From positions 685,337 to 749,336 of the forward strand of contig JAQGDQ010000062.1 in assembly GCA_030141605.1 (NCBI GenBank): a stretch of 64,000 nt of DNA, written 5' to 3'. Of this stretch, positions 14,201 through 27,336 are shown one piece after another; the first letter of the stretch is position 1; each line of letters opens with the position of its first letter. Made by a program: the position numbers and the translations under genes. This DNA is from Tubiluchus corallicola (taxonomy: Eukaryota; Animalia; Priapulida). Under the pieces are notes generated by a model. That model saw only the letters and a list, made by a program, of their open reading frames with translations. It did no database searches and was not told where the DNA came from.

Positions 14201-15052
14201 TAACTAATTGAACATGAGAATTAGGTCAATGGCTCTACAAAATGTGCCATAATTTTTTATAGCTGCACTGCAAAATAGGAAGAACATTCCAGAGAAAAAG
14301 TGCAGGATAAACAATTGTAAAATTCTACTAGCTCAACACAGCAAACGTTATTTAACAATAACAGCTTACAAAAATTAACTAGTCAGTCATTATGCATTTG
14401 CTAAACTAATTTTACTTTCGAATTTAGCAAATGTACATTTTCATGAAAGTAAGGCTTTTCTCTATATGTAAACTATGCTGCTTTTACTTCTGAAAAATTG
14501 ACTAATAACTTATTAATTAAAATTAAGACATTGTGTAACTGTGCACACTGATGAAAGAACAGTTGAACTTGTAAATTTTTTATTTAGTCTCCGATATTTA
14601 CAAAATGAACAATCTAAAAATAAAATAAAAAACAGAAAAGAGACTGCGTGATAATTCTAATAAAATTCATCTCATATTTTATCTTATAATTTTGGTTGGC
14701 AGTAATTATGGTGGTTCTACATGAACTGAGGATGCACAAACCATTTCCACATCGCATTGTTTGCTGTCTGCAAGATCTTGGTGTATGTGCTCTTGGCAAG
14801 CTACTAAGATTTTTTTGTTTAATTCACTCATTATTTTTTTGTTAGCTGAAAGCAGAGAAAATTGCATTGCAGTTTACCCAACATTACCTGAGAAGTTTGG
14901 CTCGTGAATCACTCCAGTTTCCAACGACATTCACAGAGGGCATGTTACGGCCCACCATAGCTCACTGTCGTATAGCTTATTGTCTTTGTCAGTATGTTGA
15001 AGAAAATTACTTTCAGCACAAGAAGCCCAAGTGGTATGAAGCTATTTTATAA
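5229..15052 (+). CDS. TMEM268: Transmembrane protein 268-like (DUF4481 family), 8 coding exons, ~340-351 aa
   Basis: GT-AG exons in consistent phase: 5229 (or 5262)-5304, 7602-7717, 8777-9007, 11240-11350, 11890-11925, 12741-12836, 13693-13875, 14846-15052. The spliced product has no internal stop. It contains LPAHEYTMALEFLVNDCRFTLY, two hydrophobic segments, GKLSCHKIFLHFFYYDISGC and C-terminal HCRIAYCLCQYVEE, as I recall from invertebrate TMEM268 homologues. Confidence 0.85.
5498..7028. repeat. Inverted repeat pair in TMEM268 intron 1 (decayed TIR element or two inverted copies of one repeat)
   Basis: AAGTGGATATTGTTCCGATGATCGGAA (5498-5524) matches the reverse complement of 7002-7028 with 2 mismatches in 27 bp. 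Weaker similarity extends inward through repeated GTTCCGATCATCGGAAC-like palindromes. No TSD seen. Confidence 0.55.
9242..9910. mobile_element. Tc1/mariner (Tc2/pogo-type) non-autonomous element in TMEM268 intron 3
   Basis: Left end TCGTATATACTTATGTACAAGTCGA; right end TCGACTTGTACACACGTATATA, approximately its reverse complement. Subterminal GTCGACTT(A/G)TA copies at ~9303 and ~9824. TA context at the ends. Confidence 0.65.
12015..12080. repeat. (CA)n-type microsatellite
   Basis: Imperfect CA/CACG runs in intron 5. Confidence 0.7.
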
Positions 15053-15281
15053 AAAGAAACTTAATTTTTTATGGACTTTGTTAAAGACAGTTGGTAATTT
15101 ACAAAAAATAGTATTGTATTATTAGTTTATATAAAATTATTCCTCATCATTTTAAATTGTGTATGAATGTGAGAAGATTATGCATGTTTTAGGTACAAAA
15201 GTGAAACTGGTTTTTTTATTTTATATCCTTTATAACTGTTCAGAATGTGCGTCTTCTAATATTTTGTGCACCAAAATGTCC

Positions 15282-15287
15282 AATAAA
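15282..15287 (+). terminator. Candidate polyadenylation signal of the TMEM268-like gene
   Basis: AATAAA ~230 nt after the stop codon; weak evidence in AT-rich DNA. Confidence 0.35.
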
Positions 15288-15864
15288 TCTTGCAGCTTAA
15301 AGCAGAACTGAAAGAAAAAATAGTTCCTGTAACCTTTTAGCTTGGTTTGCAGCTATAATCTAAACAGTCATAATATAATCAAGCATTCTGATTTTGAAAA
15401 TGAGGCCCCTAAATTTTAATCACTATTTACTGGCAGTAAGTTCCACATCAGCATCTCATTGTAGTAAGGAGGCTTATTTCTATCAGCTGCCTGCCCTGTG
15501 CTCCATAAAATATTTTGTGACTTCAGATAGCAGAACCGCTTTTATTGTAATTACTGTTCTAATGCCTGCAGTATGCTCGATTAGTTACTTTTTATTTTGT
15601 ATTCATAACAGTTCTTTTCTCATAGGCACCCTCATTATACAACTGAGCACTATGTAATGACTTCTGCATCAAGTTTATTGTTCCAGGGTGCCTGTACCTA
15701 TAACTGGTTCTTTTGCTTCAAAATTGTAACTGTTGTGGTCTAATTTAACCTGACTTGACAGCAATTTTCCAACAATGCCATCCACACCATTTTATTTACT
15801 GTTTTTCACCCTACTTTTACCTTAAACTCTGCAGGACTGTGCTTTTACACAATGCAGCGCTCTA

Positions 15865-17025
15865 ATCAGCATTCCACCTGCCCTCTTTTGGCATTCTAGC
15901 AGTGCTCTGTGAGCCTATAATCAACATTCTTACATCTCTCTGCGAGCCTGTAAACAGCATTCTAACAGCTCTCTGTTAACCTGTAATCAGCATTCTAACA
16001 GCTCTCTGTTAACCTGTAATCAGCATTCTCACAGCTCTCTGTTAACCTGTAATCAGCATTCTAACAGCTCTCTGTTAACTTATATAATCAGCATTCTCAC
16101 AGCTCTCTGTGAGCCTGTAATCAGACTTCTACTGCCGCTCTACGAACTTGTAATCAGCATTCTAACAGCTCTTTGCGAGGCTGTAATCAGCATTCTAATA
16201 GCTATCTGTGAGGCTGTAATCAGCATTCTAATAGCTATCTGTGAGCCTGTAATCAGCATTCTAGCAGCTGTCTGTGAGCCTGTAATCAGCATTCTAGCAG
16301 CTGTCTGTGAGCCTATAATCAGCATTCTAACAGCTGTCTGTGAGCCTATAATCAGCATTCTAGCAGCTGTCTGTGAGCCTGTAATGAGCATTCTAGCAGC
16401 TGTCTGTGAGCCTGTAGTCAACATTCTAGCAGCTGTCTGTGAGCCTGTAGTCAACATTCTAGCAGCTGTCTGTGAGCCTATAATTAGCATTCTACCAGCG
16501 CTCTGTGAGCCTGTAATCAGCATTCTACCAGCGCTCTGTGAGCCTGTAGTCAACATTCTAGCAGCTGTCTGTGAGCCTATAATTAGCATTCTACCAGCAC
16601 TCTATGAGTCTGTAATCAGCATTCTAATAGCTATCTGTGAGCCTGTAATCAGCATTCTAGCAGCTGTCTGTGAGCCTGTAATCAGCATTCTAGCAGCTGT
16701 CTGTGAGCCTATAATCAGCATTCTAACAGCTGTCTGTGAGCCTATAATCAGCATTCTAGCAGCTGTCTGTGAGCCTGTAATGAGCATTCTAGCAGCTGTC
16801 TGTGAGCCTGTAGTCAACATTCTAGCAGCTGTCTGTGAGCCTGTAGTCAACATTCTAGCAGCTGTCTGTGAGCCTATAATTAGCATTCTACCAGCGCTCT
16901 GTGAGCCTGTAATCAGCATTCTACCAGTGCTCTGCGAGCCTGTAGTCAGCATTCTAGCAGCTGTCTGTGAGCCCCTAATCGGCATTCTACCAGTGAGCCT
17001 CTAATCAGCATTCTCCAGTGCTCTG
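15865..17025. repeat. 33-bp minisatellite (~35 units) with a 396-bp higher-order duplication
   Basis: Consensus CTGTAATCAGCATTCTAGCAGCTGTCTGTGAGC. The variant ATGAGCATT occurs at 16384 and 16780 (396 bp = 12 units apart) with the same neighbouring variants. Confidence 0.95.
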
Positions 17026-20000
17026 CAGAAAGAGTGGAGCTTACTTATTATGGAATCTAACTGATTATAAAGGATAGTCCAATGTCTTTTAGCTGTATTT
17101 TGCATTATTTGAATCAGGTTTTTTACTTATATAATCCAGAAGCTAGTATAATATTAACTATAATTATCGTTTTATATTTGTCTTTTTATACTGATAAGAT
17201 AACATTTCATTTTGCTTTTTCGTTGCTAATTATGTGCACATTTCTTATGTATAGCAGCTATTAACTTATAATCGTGAATTTATTTTGTTTTTCATGTGTA
17301 GGTTTTATGTGTTAATTTTACTTGCATTAATAGTGAACCCAAATCGCAAAATATCTTTTTTATGGTTGTTAAGTTTTTAGAATAATTGGGTAGCATTCCA
17401 TTTTTGTTCTAAACAGTTATTTATGTATGCATTCCTTAACACGTAGCAGCAGCTACTGTTTTTATAATTATAAATGTATTTAGTTTTTTTCACGTGTGCT
17501 GGTACGGAATTCTAATTGTGCCACCAGAGCATTGAATGCAACAACAAAATGCAAGTGCACTTATTTTTGCTAAAGGACGTATTTGTATCTCAGGAAAACT
17601 CTTCCATCCCTGGATGGATTCCACATATCAGTGACTGAACTATGCAGAATAATTTATGCTTGGAAAATTTTGAAATTTAATTCCACTTCCTAATTTTATA
17701 TTGCATTCATTATTGTCATTTTCTTGGAAATTTATTTGCTATTATGTAGTAATTTTTTCAGATTTTTTTCCAAAATGAAAAATTATAATTAAATGCGTGA
17801 TTGATTGTCATTTTGCCCGAAATTTCTTTTTGGGTTCACTGAATTATAATTAACTATAGGTTTAAAATTAATTCATCTAATTTCTATAACTAATTAGTTG
17901 GACAGCCACCCTAATGTTCTATATTTTAATCCTGCTTTCCTTAATCCCTTATTTATGTATATCCTAGTGGCCCTATAACTAGAGAGGTATGCGACATATG
18001 GTCAGTTGGTCACCTCTGTGAGTGTGGGACATGTCATAAAATTAATCACAATGTGCATCCAAGCAAATGCACTGCACATTGTCAATTAAGTGGATTTACA
18101 TATTGGGCTTGAGAACTCCTACAGACACAATTGACTTTTTCGTTTATATTTATTCCTTAAATTATGTATTAGAGAAATACAACAGTTACCAGGTCATTAG
18201 AGTACCCTGCCAAAAAGTCTTAAAAGAGAAACTTGTCTGTTACTACCTTTCCATACTAGTGCTAGCTTTAATTTGTAAAATGTAGTCTGATCAAGATTAT
18301 GGTGCATATACAGTAGTTATATACTATATAGTTAAACAAAATTTATTATTTTGTAACAATTTGCAAATGTACTGTAATATACATCTTATTTGTAGATTGC
18401 TTTGCAGAAACTATGTTATTGCTACTGGTCATTGGTCAAAGCAGTAAAAATTCATTTGTAGATTTAAGATTTGTAAATGTTGTGTAATTGTTCAACTTTT
18501 CCTATAATTAACAATATTATGCATGAGCAGTGCGTGAATCTTATTTTATTTTTTGCAGACTTTTATTAGGAAACCTTATATGGGCTTGATATCTTCAAAT
18601 TATTTTACTTTAAATTTATTTATTTATTTATTATTGCAAAGACTTTTAAACATATAGCTGTAACTAATATTTATTTGGCATTAGTGTATTTATGTAATTT
18701 AAAGCATTCCAAGTTTCTGGTATTGTCAAGTTTATCTTTGTTAAATTTTCAGGGCTGTAGCAGTTTTGTTTTCCTAAAAGCTATAATATTATAATTTTTC
18801 ATTTTTTTAATATAACTATAAAAAGATATTCCACTATTTTTTATTGTTCGCAGTACAAAAATTATATTAAAATCGCTTTCTCTGTTAAATCTGTAGTTAA
18901 CAACTTAAAACATTTTGAAGTAAAATTTTGATAAAATTATATTTAAAAAAGGAAATAAAATTTAAAACTCACAATATTGTTTTTGAACTTCTGAAGAACT
19001 TGGTCTTTTAATTTGCATTTGTGTAATTGCATAATTGTATACTTAAGAGGCTTAAACTTTGTAAACTGCATGTACAAGCATGGGGTTATGTTCACTTATA
19101 ATGAAGTTCAAATAACACAATATCAGCAAAAGTTCAAATTTTATTGTTTGGAAAGTTCATGATTACTTTATTGGAAAAATTGTTATTCAGTAAAGCAGCA
19201 TTGAATTGAAATTTGAATGTTAAACAAAAAACATGTTAAAACTAAAAAGTTGCAGATGCAAATGAACCAAATTTCGTGCGATTCAGCCATTTTTGATAAG
19301 CTGCATGTTGCAACATGTACAATTTACATGTCGTAGAGAAACTAAGCATTAATTGAGCTATCTTGATTGACTGAATTGTCGGTAGTTTAACCTATAATTC
19401 TTCATCTTTGACCTTTAAATGGCTTCTGCATTTAATGCAATTGACTTCGCCTCATAAGCTTTTTCATGCTTTATTACAAGGTATGCATTGCATATTGTCA
19501 TAGGTCAAGTGTTCAATCCCTGATCAGATCAGTCTCAACACGTGAATGTGTTGTTAATCAACTCGATGTGTTGCGAAACACGTATTCCAAAGGTCACGTT
19601 TTAAGCAGCACCTGTCACCAGTTGCAACCCCCAAAAAGGAAGTAACAGTTCACTTCGTTTGTTGTAAGTTTTTGTGAGACATTTTATAACGCCTAACAAT
19701 AAAACCTAACAATATTAATCACTCAGTTTTCATATTTTGATTTTAATGATAGGCTTTCTTAATGGAGTAATGCTGGATTTTTTTTGACATGCCATACACA
19801 TCTAATATACAATACACGTCAAGACGTCAAGTAAGCTAGGCTGCTAGCATTGCAGATATATAGGTCCACAAAGCTAACGGCCTAGCTCCTTACCGCCTTA
19901 GTAGGAATTTTAACTTTTTTATGCCCCAACAAGGCCAATGGCCACTGTATAATAAGGGGAAGGTGTTGCAATTAGTTACATAAAATATTAATAGTAAATT

Positions 20001-20474
20001 TATAATTATATACCTTCAGAATGTCAGTTACTTAATACCTATCAATAACACTAATTATTTCTAGTTGGGCTTAAATTATTATTATGTCACAAATTTTTAC
20101 ATTTTTGTGATTATGTCTCAGTAGTTACTGTATACTGTTTTGTGACTTTGTCTTGGCTGTCCGTACCAGTCCAGATGTTGTTGCATTTGTGGTATGTTGT
20201 TATGTTTTTGCCAATAAATCTTAAAAGTTGTTTCAGAGACATTGCATTTGCGCTATGAAAATGCAGGCTGTGGTTTATTTATTTAGTTATAAGAGAAACA
20301 GTTTTTCTCCAGGGGAAAAACTGGCTCAAAAACTTTCACACTAAAATCATTTAATATTATTTAAACTACAAAGTACCATTAAGATTAGCTCGTTCTAAGA
20401 CCAACATATTCATATAATATAATAGATGTTTTCTTAGCTACCTTGCGGCTTCCCTCTTCTGTATGGTAGGTCCC

Positions 20475-20674
20475 AATTTTCTTTCAGGTTTGTATAGCCT
20501 ATATGTGTAATAAATGATTTTGTGTTCTATAGATATCGATATAGAACACTAAATCTTTTATGCTTTTTAAGTATTGTGCTAGTGCCACAAATAACAGTGC
20601 TTAAATAGAAGTGTGTATGATATAACCCTGAAGATTTTTTTACACATATAGGCTATGCAAACCTGAAAAAAATT
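20475..20674. repeat. ~200-bp hairpin / MITE-like element
   Basis: ~40-bp inverted arms (TTTCAGGTTTGTATAGCCTATATGTGTAA ... TTACACATATAGGCTATGCAAACCTGAAA) enclosing the near-palindrome GTGTTCTATAGATATCGATATAGAACAC. Confidence 0.6.
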
Positions 20675-20879
20675 GCTTCGCATTAAATCTCGTGCCTTAC
20701 CAGCTGAGTGAGTTCTTATAATCAATCAACAAATTTATCTTATCAAATCAAGGAGGTATCCGTTTTATCAACTGAATCTAATTCATTTTATAATTCTATT
20801 AATTAATCACCAAATCTGTATACCTACAGCCTTTCGGTGTCTGGATGGGTGAGCATAACGGGGTTTAATAACGCTGCTT

Positions 20880-22514
20880 TTAATTCTCTAAAAGCCTTTT
20901 CCTGGGTGGGCCCCGTACCCTTCCCCATACGAACTTGACATTTTTCCTTGTCAGTTCTGTTAACGGTCGAGCTATCTCAGCAAATCTTGGAATGTAATAA
21001 TAATTACAGCTTCCTATAAAACTCCTCACCCCTCTCACATTTATTGGGCAGTCCATTGTTTGCACTGCCTTGGCTTGGTCGGGATCGGGCCTTAAACCAT
21101 TCTTACTTATGATGTATCCCAAAAATTGTACTTCCGACTTAAAGAATTGACACTTAGACAGCTTTAGGCGCAAATTAGCCTCACTTAACCATCTGAAAAC
21201 CTCTTGCAAATGCTCCAAATGTTCCTCTCGAGTTTTTGAATAAACCAGTATATCATCAAGATAAGCTATGCTAAACTTATCAGTTATTCCATCTAATAAC
21301 TTATTTATAACGCGCCAAAACACTGATGGGCTTGTTAGAAGACCCATGGGACTGCGTGTAAACATATATGATCCCCCTTGCGTGACAAACGCCGTCTTGG
21401 GTTGATCATCTTTGTGTACAGGTATTTGCAAAAAACCTTGCCTTAAGTCCAAACAACTAAAATATTTGGCTCCCTGCAATTTATCCGTGAAATTCGAGAG
21501 TGTTCGGCTGAGGTAGGCGTCGAACTTGACGCATTTATTGATCTTTCGGTAGTCGATAACCAACCTATAACTTTTACCGTCAGCTTTCTTGACTAGCAGA
21601 CATGGAGATGCCCATGGACTGTTAGCTGGCACTATAATCCTAGCTGCTAACAATTCACGAATAATTTTATCTAATTCTCTCTCTAAATTATTAGGAATCC
21701 TGTATGGTCGAGAACGTATCGGCTCTGCATTACCAGTATCAATGCGCATCTGAGCTAATCTCGTCTCCCCTAACTCTAAGTCACAGCTCGCGAACACCCC
21801 TCTCCATGTATTCAATAATTTTTCTAATTTAGAACGCCAAATAGGAGACAAATGATCTAAATTAAAATCAACTTCTACTCTCTCTCCCGAAATCCCATCA
21901 TGGTACCGCCATTGTTTATATTCGCCCCCTATATCCGCCAAAGAAACGCTTGGCGGTGGACCTTTCATAACTCTAAGTTCCATAAACATTCTGCCCCTGC
22001 CATAATACTGCACCTGAAGTGGGCAATTACCTGTCGCCCTGCTGTGCGCCTTACTACTATGCATCTCGCCACGGGACATCGCGTTCACCGCTAAACGCTG
22101 CTCATTACGGCCTTGGGAAACCTGCCATATTCCCTTGTTCTGCACGGGCAGGCAGTGAAGGTTACCATTCCTAAACCTTCGATGGCTATTTTCTCTATAA
22201 ATATCACTCGAGCCGCTTCTATTACTCCGATTATTCGCTAGCGCTATAGCATGTTCATCTGCTATGCTAATTTGCTGCGCGGTGCCAATCACACTATTCT
22301 TCCTAATTCTTATAGGCCTACACGAATTATTTCGTATGAGTAGTGAGCTCTTTTGCCCTCCTTCTACTCCAACTAAACCGGCCTCGAATCCAACCTCCGG
22401 GCGGTTCTTGAACACGGGCGCGTGTTCGGCCATTTCTACACACAAAAGCTGCCCATTTGGCCTATCTCTTTTAATCCGAACACGCATCACGACTTCACTA
22501 TTACTAGGTATTAA
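20880..22514 (-). mobile_element. Ty3/gypsy LTR-retrotransposon pol fragment (spacer plus RT, truncated before RNase H)
   Basis: 536-aa ORF with IDTGNAEPIRSRPYR, SPWASPCLLVKKADG, RLVIDYRKIN, LDLRQGFLQI, PMGL, AYLDDILVYS, FLGY, VRSFIG, ARPLTELTRK. No LTRs, gag, RNase H or integrase seen. Confidence 0.93.
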
Positions 22515-23622
22515 AGTGTCTGATTATTGCTTTGCAATAGAGTCATTTCCGCTATCTGTAGGCACTTGTTTTCTGTTGGATTTCACTACGTATTATTACG
22601 TGAACTTCAGAGTGACAGAATAGAGGGTGAGTTCCCAGTTTACAGGCAGTCAAGGGGGGCCAATGCATTCATGCAAACTGGAGATGTCTGTTCAGCATTC
22701 AAGCGGAGACTGGCGCGTTTCTCTGGAGTTTGTGGACACAGACACATCATCCGAAATCCAGTTGCACACATGCAATGGGATTGATTTCGAGGATGCCAAA
22801 ATTATGGAGATTTGTGTTGACGAGACTCTTTCCAAAACTGAACTGAATGTGTGTGCATATGTCGCAGGTTGGTTGGAGAGTAAGTGCCAAAATGACATTT
22901 CTTTTCCCCGAGGATGAGCCTCTCCTTTCTGAGGAAATGAAAATGTTCATTGAAGAAGTGTCTAGGGGAGGTCTTACAGTGCCCCACACATTCACGTTCG
23001 AATTCGTAACAACTGGCTTGTGTTTTGTGAAGAAGTCAACTCACACAGTCTGCTGCCGCAACAAGCTCATGAACATCCTCTCCATAATCAATGCCTACTT
23101 TGATTTTGGAGAATTTTCAAGAAATGCTCTGAGACGCCTGGCAAATGTACTGCTGCATGGACTACACAATTTAGAGAAGGATCACCAGCAGAACTCAGCC
23201 CTTTACCAGACCTCCATTAAGAAGGCGCGACTAGCCGACTAATTGTCGCAAACATCTCTGCAAAATGGTGAGTGCAATAATTTCATGTATTCAAATTTAC
23301 ACAGAGGAACCTATGAATGAGTTTATATAGTCCTGACAAAATGGTGCAGTCTGTTTATTCTCTATAGAAAGTGACAGGTAATCTTCGGGACACAATGAGT
23401 TGCAGATATGGTGTGTTTTTTTGGGGGGGGATATCATAGGTACCACTGTTTTTAAATTACTAGATGAATGAGGAATATGTTCTATGTGTATTGTGGCATG
23501 CTATAGGTCATCATGGGGGGTAAATATGTCCAAATTATTAGCACTAAATGTTAAAAATAGATCGCCTCTGCTAGCCGAGTCAGAGATCTGACCGTGCACG
23601 TCCTGTTGTATAGTAGTCCTTG
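22515..23622 (+). mobile_element. Deleted copy of the THAP/P-element transposon (3' part with one TIR)
   Basis: Near-identical to the reverse complement of 32061-33075, preceded by a 36-bp island (22515-22550) matching 34084-34119. Ends in the TIR ...TATAGTAGTCCTTG at 23622. Retains LQSDRIEGEF and the C-terminus ...QTSIKKARLAD*. Confidence 0.93.
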
Positions 23623-23799
23623 GTACGTACATATGTTTATCACAATTATCACTTATTTGTGAGGAATACTTATTGTGCCGAAGAAGTTTTTGTACATCAT
23701 TTATCCTAATACCCTTTCACTTATGCTCGGAGTCTTTTCTAAAACAATGCTGTATCTTTGAAAAGCCAAGTGTGACAATACACAAACTATGTAAACAAT

Positions 23800-24690
23800 T
23801 TAAAAATTAAACCCTGGATCTGGGTCACCAGTTAGAAAATCTTGTGGCTGTTGCAGCTGCATTCCTGGTGGCATCTGCTGTTGTTGCATGATAATTTGTT
23901 GCACTTGTTGCTGTTGTTGTTGCTGCCTTTGCTAAAAAAGAGCAACCATAAACAAACAATACAAACAATATCAAAAAATATTATTGCAAACTTTGTTGGT
24001 GCTTCAAGTAGGCACATGTGCAATTTTCTACTTACTAAAGAGTGAAAAAACAGTTTGAAATTTAATAAAAATGGCAATGAAAATGTTGATGTTGATAAAA
24101 TTACTAGGCAGTCAGTAAGTCTAACAACAAGAAAATCCTTGCTGTGTCTGTTTTTTAAGCTCTAGCTAGTTGAAGATGGCTAACGCAAAACATACCAAAT
24201 TTAATGTTTATAAAATCAAAACGTTTATAATTTCTCTTTTAACTGGACATAAGTTCTCATATGTTTCACAACCTTTAGATAAATTTATATATACAGTTCT
24301 TTAAAAAAGGAATTTTTTGATAAAATAACAGCGTACAATGTTTGTTCTGTGAAGCTTTAAGTGTACGGTTTGATGATACAAAAAATCAGTTTTACTGGAA
24401 AACAAAATGTGTAACGAGTTTTTAGAGAGAAACACCACCAATTAACACAATCATGAACAGGTGCACTAATTTTAATTATAATAATCCATCTACATTAGCT
24501 TTAGCTAATTAATTATAAATTACTCGTTTAAAAAATAACAGTAAAAACATCTTACATGTTGAGAATTTGTGAGATGTCGTAGCTGCTGATTCGATATTGG
24601 CAGTGGTTGTTGTTGCTGTTGCAGAAATTCTTGTTGCTGCTGTGCTGCCATCTGTTGTTGAAATAATTGATGTCTTTGGGCTTGTAATGC
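23800..24690 (-). CDS. Last two exons of an unidentified low-complexity (most likely Gln-rich) protein; 5' exons not found
   Basis: Exon 24690-24556 (ttgttacag/.../gtaaga, 135 nt) and exon 23931-23800 (ttttttag/...TAA) splice to ALQAQRHQLFQQQMAAQQQQEFLQQQQQPLPISNQQLRHLTNSQH|QRQQQQQQQVQQIIMQQQQMPPGMQLQQPQDFLTGDPDPGFNF*. Confidence 0.6.
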
Positions 24691-27336
24691 CTGTAACAAA
24701 ATTAGAAAAAATATTTTATTTTGGGCTTGTTTGCACAGCCAGCAGCAATATTAGAAGTAATACAAAGTTGCACTGTGTCTATGTCTGCATTTAACACCTC
24801 CATATGGAATAAGGAATCAGTTGCAAGAAGGTGTGCAGACTTTACTCTGGCCCAGATAATTTAATTTAATTTAATTAGGTACAAGAAACTGGCTGACAAT
24901 CAGGTGGGAATGCTTGACCAACCTGCAACACTGAACACCTTTAATATCCACAGGCTAAAAAAAAGATGCGTTCTAGGAAATTGGCCTGTTTTTCATTAAT
25001 GCTTGTGTTAGGATCAAAGAGTACTGTCGTCTGTATAACATTTATGGGACTGAGGAGAGGCAGTCAGTCATTTGGCGAAATTGCATAAAAAGAAAAAGAC
25101 GTCTGTAGTCATAATCAACAAGGCCATGGAGCAACAGGTAAGCAAGAATCAAGTCAGCTCGTTGATGTCTAATGTAGATGCGGATGATGCGGAGACCAGA
25201 GGTAGAAACGAATGAAACGTAACACCGCTGTTTGTTTTTTGCACATTTCATTGGCCTTGTGCTGTTCTCCATGATAGGTGTCATTTCTAACATGGCTAAT
25301 GATCACAGAATTTCATGCTTCTGATATTTATCATTTTGCTTCATCGTTCCTTCAGCGTCGGTCAAATATGCCACAACCGTCATAGATTTCCGCACAAAAT
25401 AGCTCATGAAATTCTCTATGTCCTCAGCACTTACACAAGTTATAAAGTAAAGCCTTGTTTGCATTCAGCAATATTGTCGCTGCCCGTTTTGAGTACGGTG
25501 ATTTGAACATAATGCACGTTTGTTGTTTTCTCTTCTAGATACGGCACAGAATGCGGGAATTTAGCGAGAAGGCTGAACAGTTGATGACGGTAAAGCAAAG
25601 AGAACTAATGCAACAAAAGTAGTTTTAGTTAGCCAACTAATTACATCATTTGTTATCATATCAACGATGTTACAAAAAGCGTCGCCGTTGTAGTTAATTT
25701 CCGGTCCAGTTGATAAGCTCATAGCTCCACGTATCTGTTCTTGTTTTGTATTGTTTGAATTTGATTTTTTATGGTTTTTTTTCTTACTGTCATTGTAACA
25801 GAACGAAACAGAAATGTTAGAACATTTGTCATAAGTCACTACTGATTTTCACTCATTATAGTTAGATACGAAAGAATTTGAACTATTGCTTGTTTTGTTA
25901 TAAAAACATTTTATTTTTGTACAGCAATCATGCTTTTACAAAAATCAAATGGAAAATATTCAGTAATTTGTATAGCACTCTGATTTCCTAATTTATCATT
26001 GGTTGCAAATTCAGTATACAGTAAACTACGTATAACTTGAACTGGTATAACGGTTGTTTCGAACAGATCTCAGCCTTTTTTTCAATTTTCCTTATAACAA
26101 ACATCATGTAACTCGAATTATCACGTAACTCAAACCGAATTCCCGGTATATTTCTTAAGAATCTGACTGAAACTACGTCGCATATCTTGAATGGCCTTCC
26201 AATGAAAATGTCCATCATGTTACGATTTTAACTGCTAGTTTCAGGAAAAATGCAAAGATTTCTTGTATTACCTTAGCAGAACGCTGCACACAACACGGTT
26301 TAATGTAGAACACAATATTATTTTTGCCGAATTCTAATAACCATGCTACTCAGGCTACAATAGAGGTGAACCAGTCATTTAATCTTGATTATTCATAAAA
26401 ATTGCTGTTTGATATTTAATTAAAGGCTCAGTTTATCATTTTCACAAGCTGCCTTGTAGTGCTACTAGTGTATTGTCCGATATTGACGACAAATGTCGTC
26501 TAAAAGGTACTTTCGCATAACTGGAACAAATTTCACACTCCTGAGGTCTTTGAGTTACATAGTTTAATGTATTTGCTTGTTACTTGTATAGTTGAATTAT
26601 ACTTCCACTATAATTAACAGTAAAGATAAGTGAGTACATGTGGTTACAAAGAGCTCTAAACAATGTAATTATGCTTTCATTAATTAACGTTTAAAATTGG
26701 TATGGAGCTTTAGTTTCACTATTCACAGTTTCTGCATATACATTGTCCTTCATTTGAGGAGGAAACTTTATAAATGTTACCGCTGCTCAAATTTGGAAAA
26801 ATGGGTTTACAAATTTTTGTGTTTGCCAAAACATCTTTACATCTACATGGTCATATTTCTGAATACTAAAATATAAAAATAAACAATCATTTGTACTTCA
26901 AATCACAGCTGTTGATTGAAAGACATTGGAAAGTTGTTAAAATTTGACAGATATTTCACACGGCTAGTGATGCGGAACGTCCACTGCCATCCACGTTTAT
27001 CTGTATGAAAATGAATCAGTATTTTGTTTTACATCACACAACAGACAGAACGTTTTTAAAGCCATTACGCTAGTCTGGTACAGCTTTCTAAGTACAAAAA
27101 TTATTCAAGCTCATAAACCGTATTTTAACTTGGACAATAGCCAAGTGTGCGATGGTAAAAAACAAGGTTAAATTCATGACATGATGAACGTGTGCGTAAA
27201 TGACAAACACTCAACTTCAAACAGTCAACTTCAACTGTCAACAACAAGGTTAAGCATACAAACAGCATAAACATAATTAAGGGGGACAAAGCGTAGTTTA
27301 GTTCGTAGTAATACGTGTTAAATTCATGGTATTTAC

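Noticed and set aside
17030-20450. Short ORFs in the long AT-rich stretch
   Set aside because: No motifs, exon-like composition or repeat structure; looks like ordinary intergenic or UTR DNA.
26880-27000. Candidate minus-strand exon DKRGWQWTFRITSRVKYL as the continuation of exon 28155-28042
   Set aside because: Exon 27463-27337 gives the expected PHYHD1 continuation; this peptide matches nothing I recognise.
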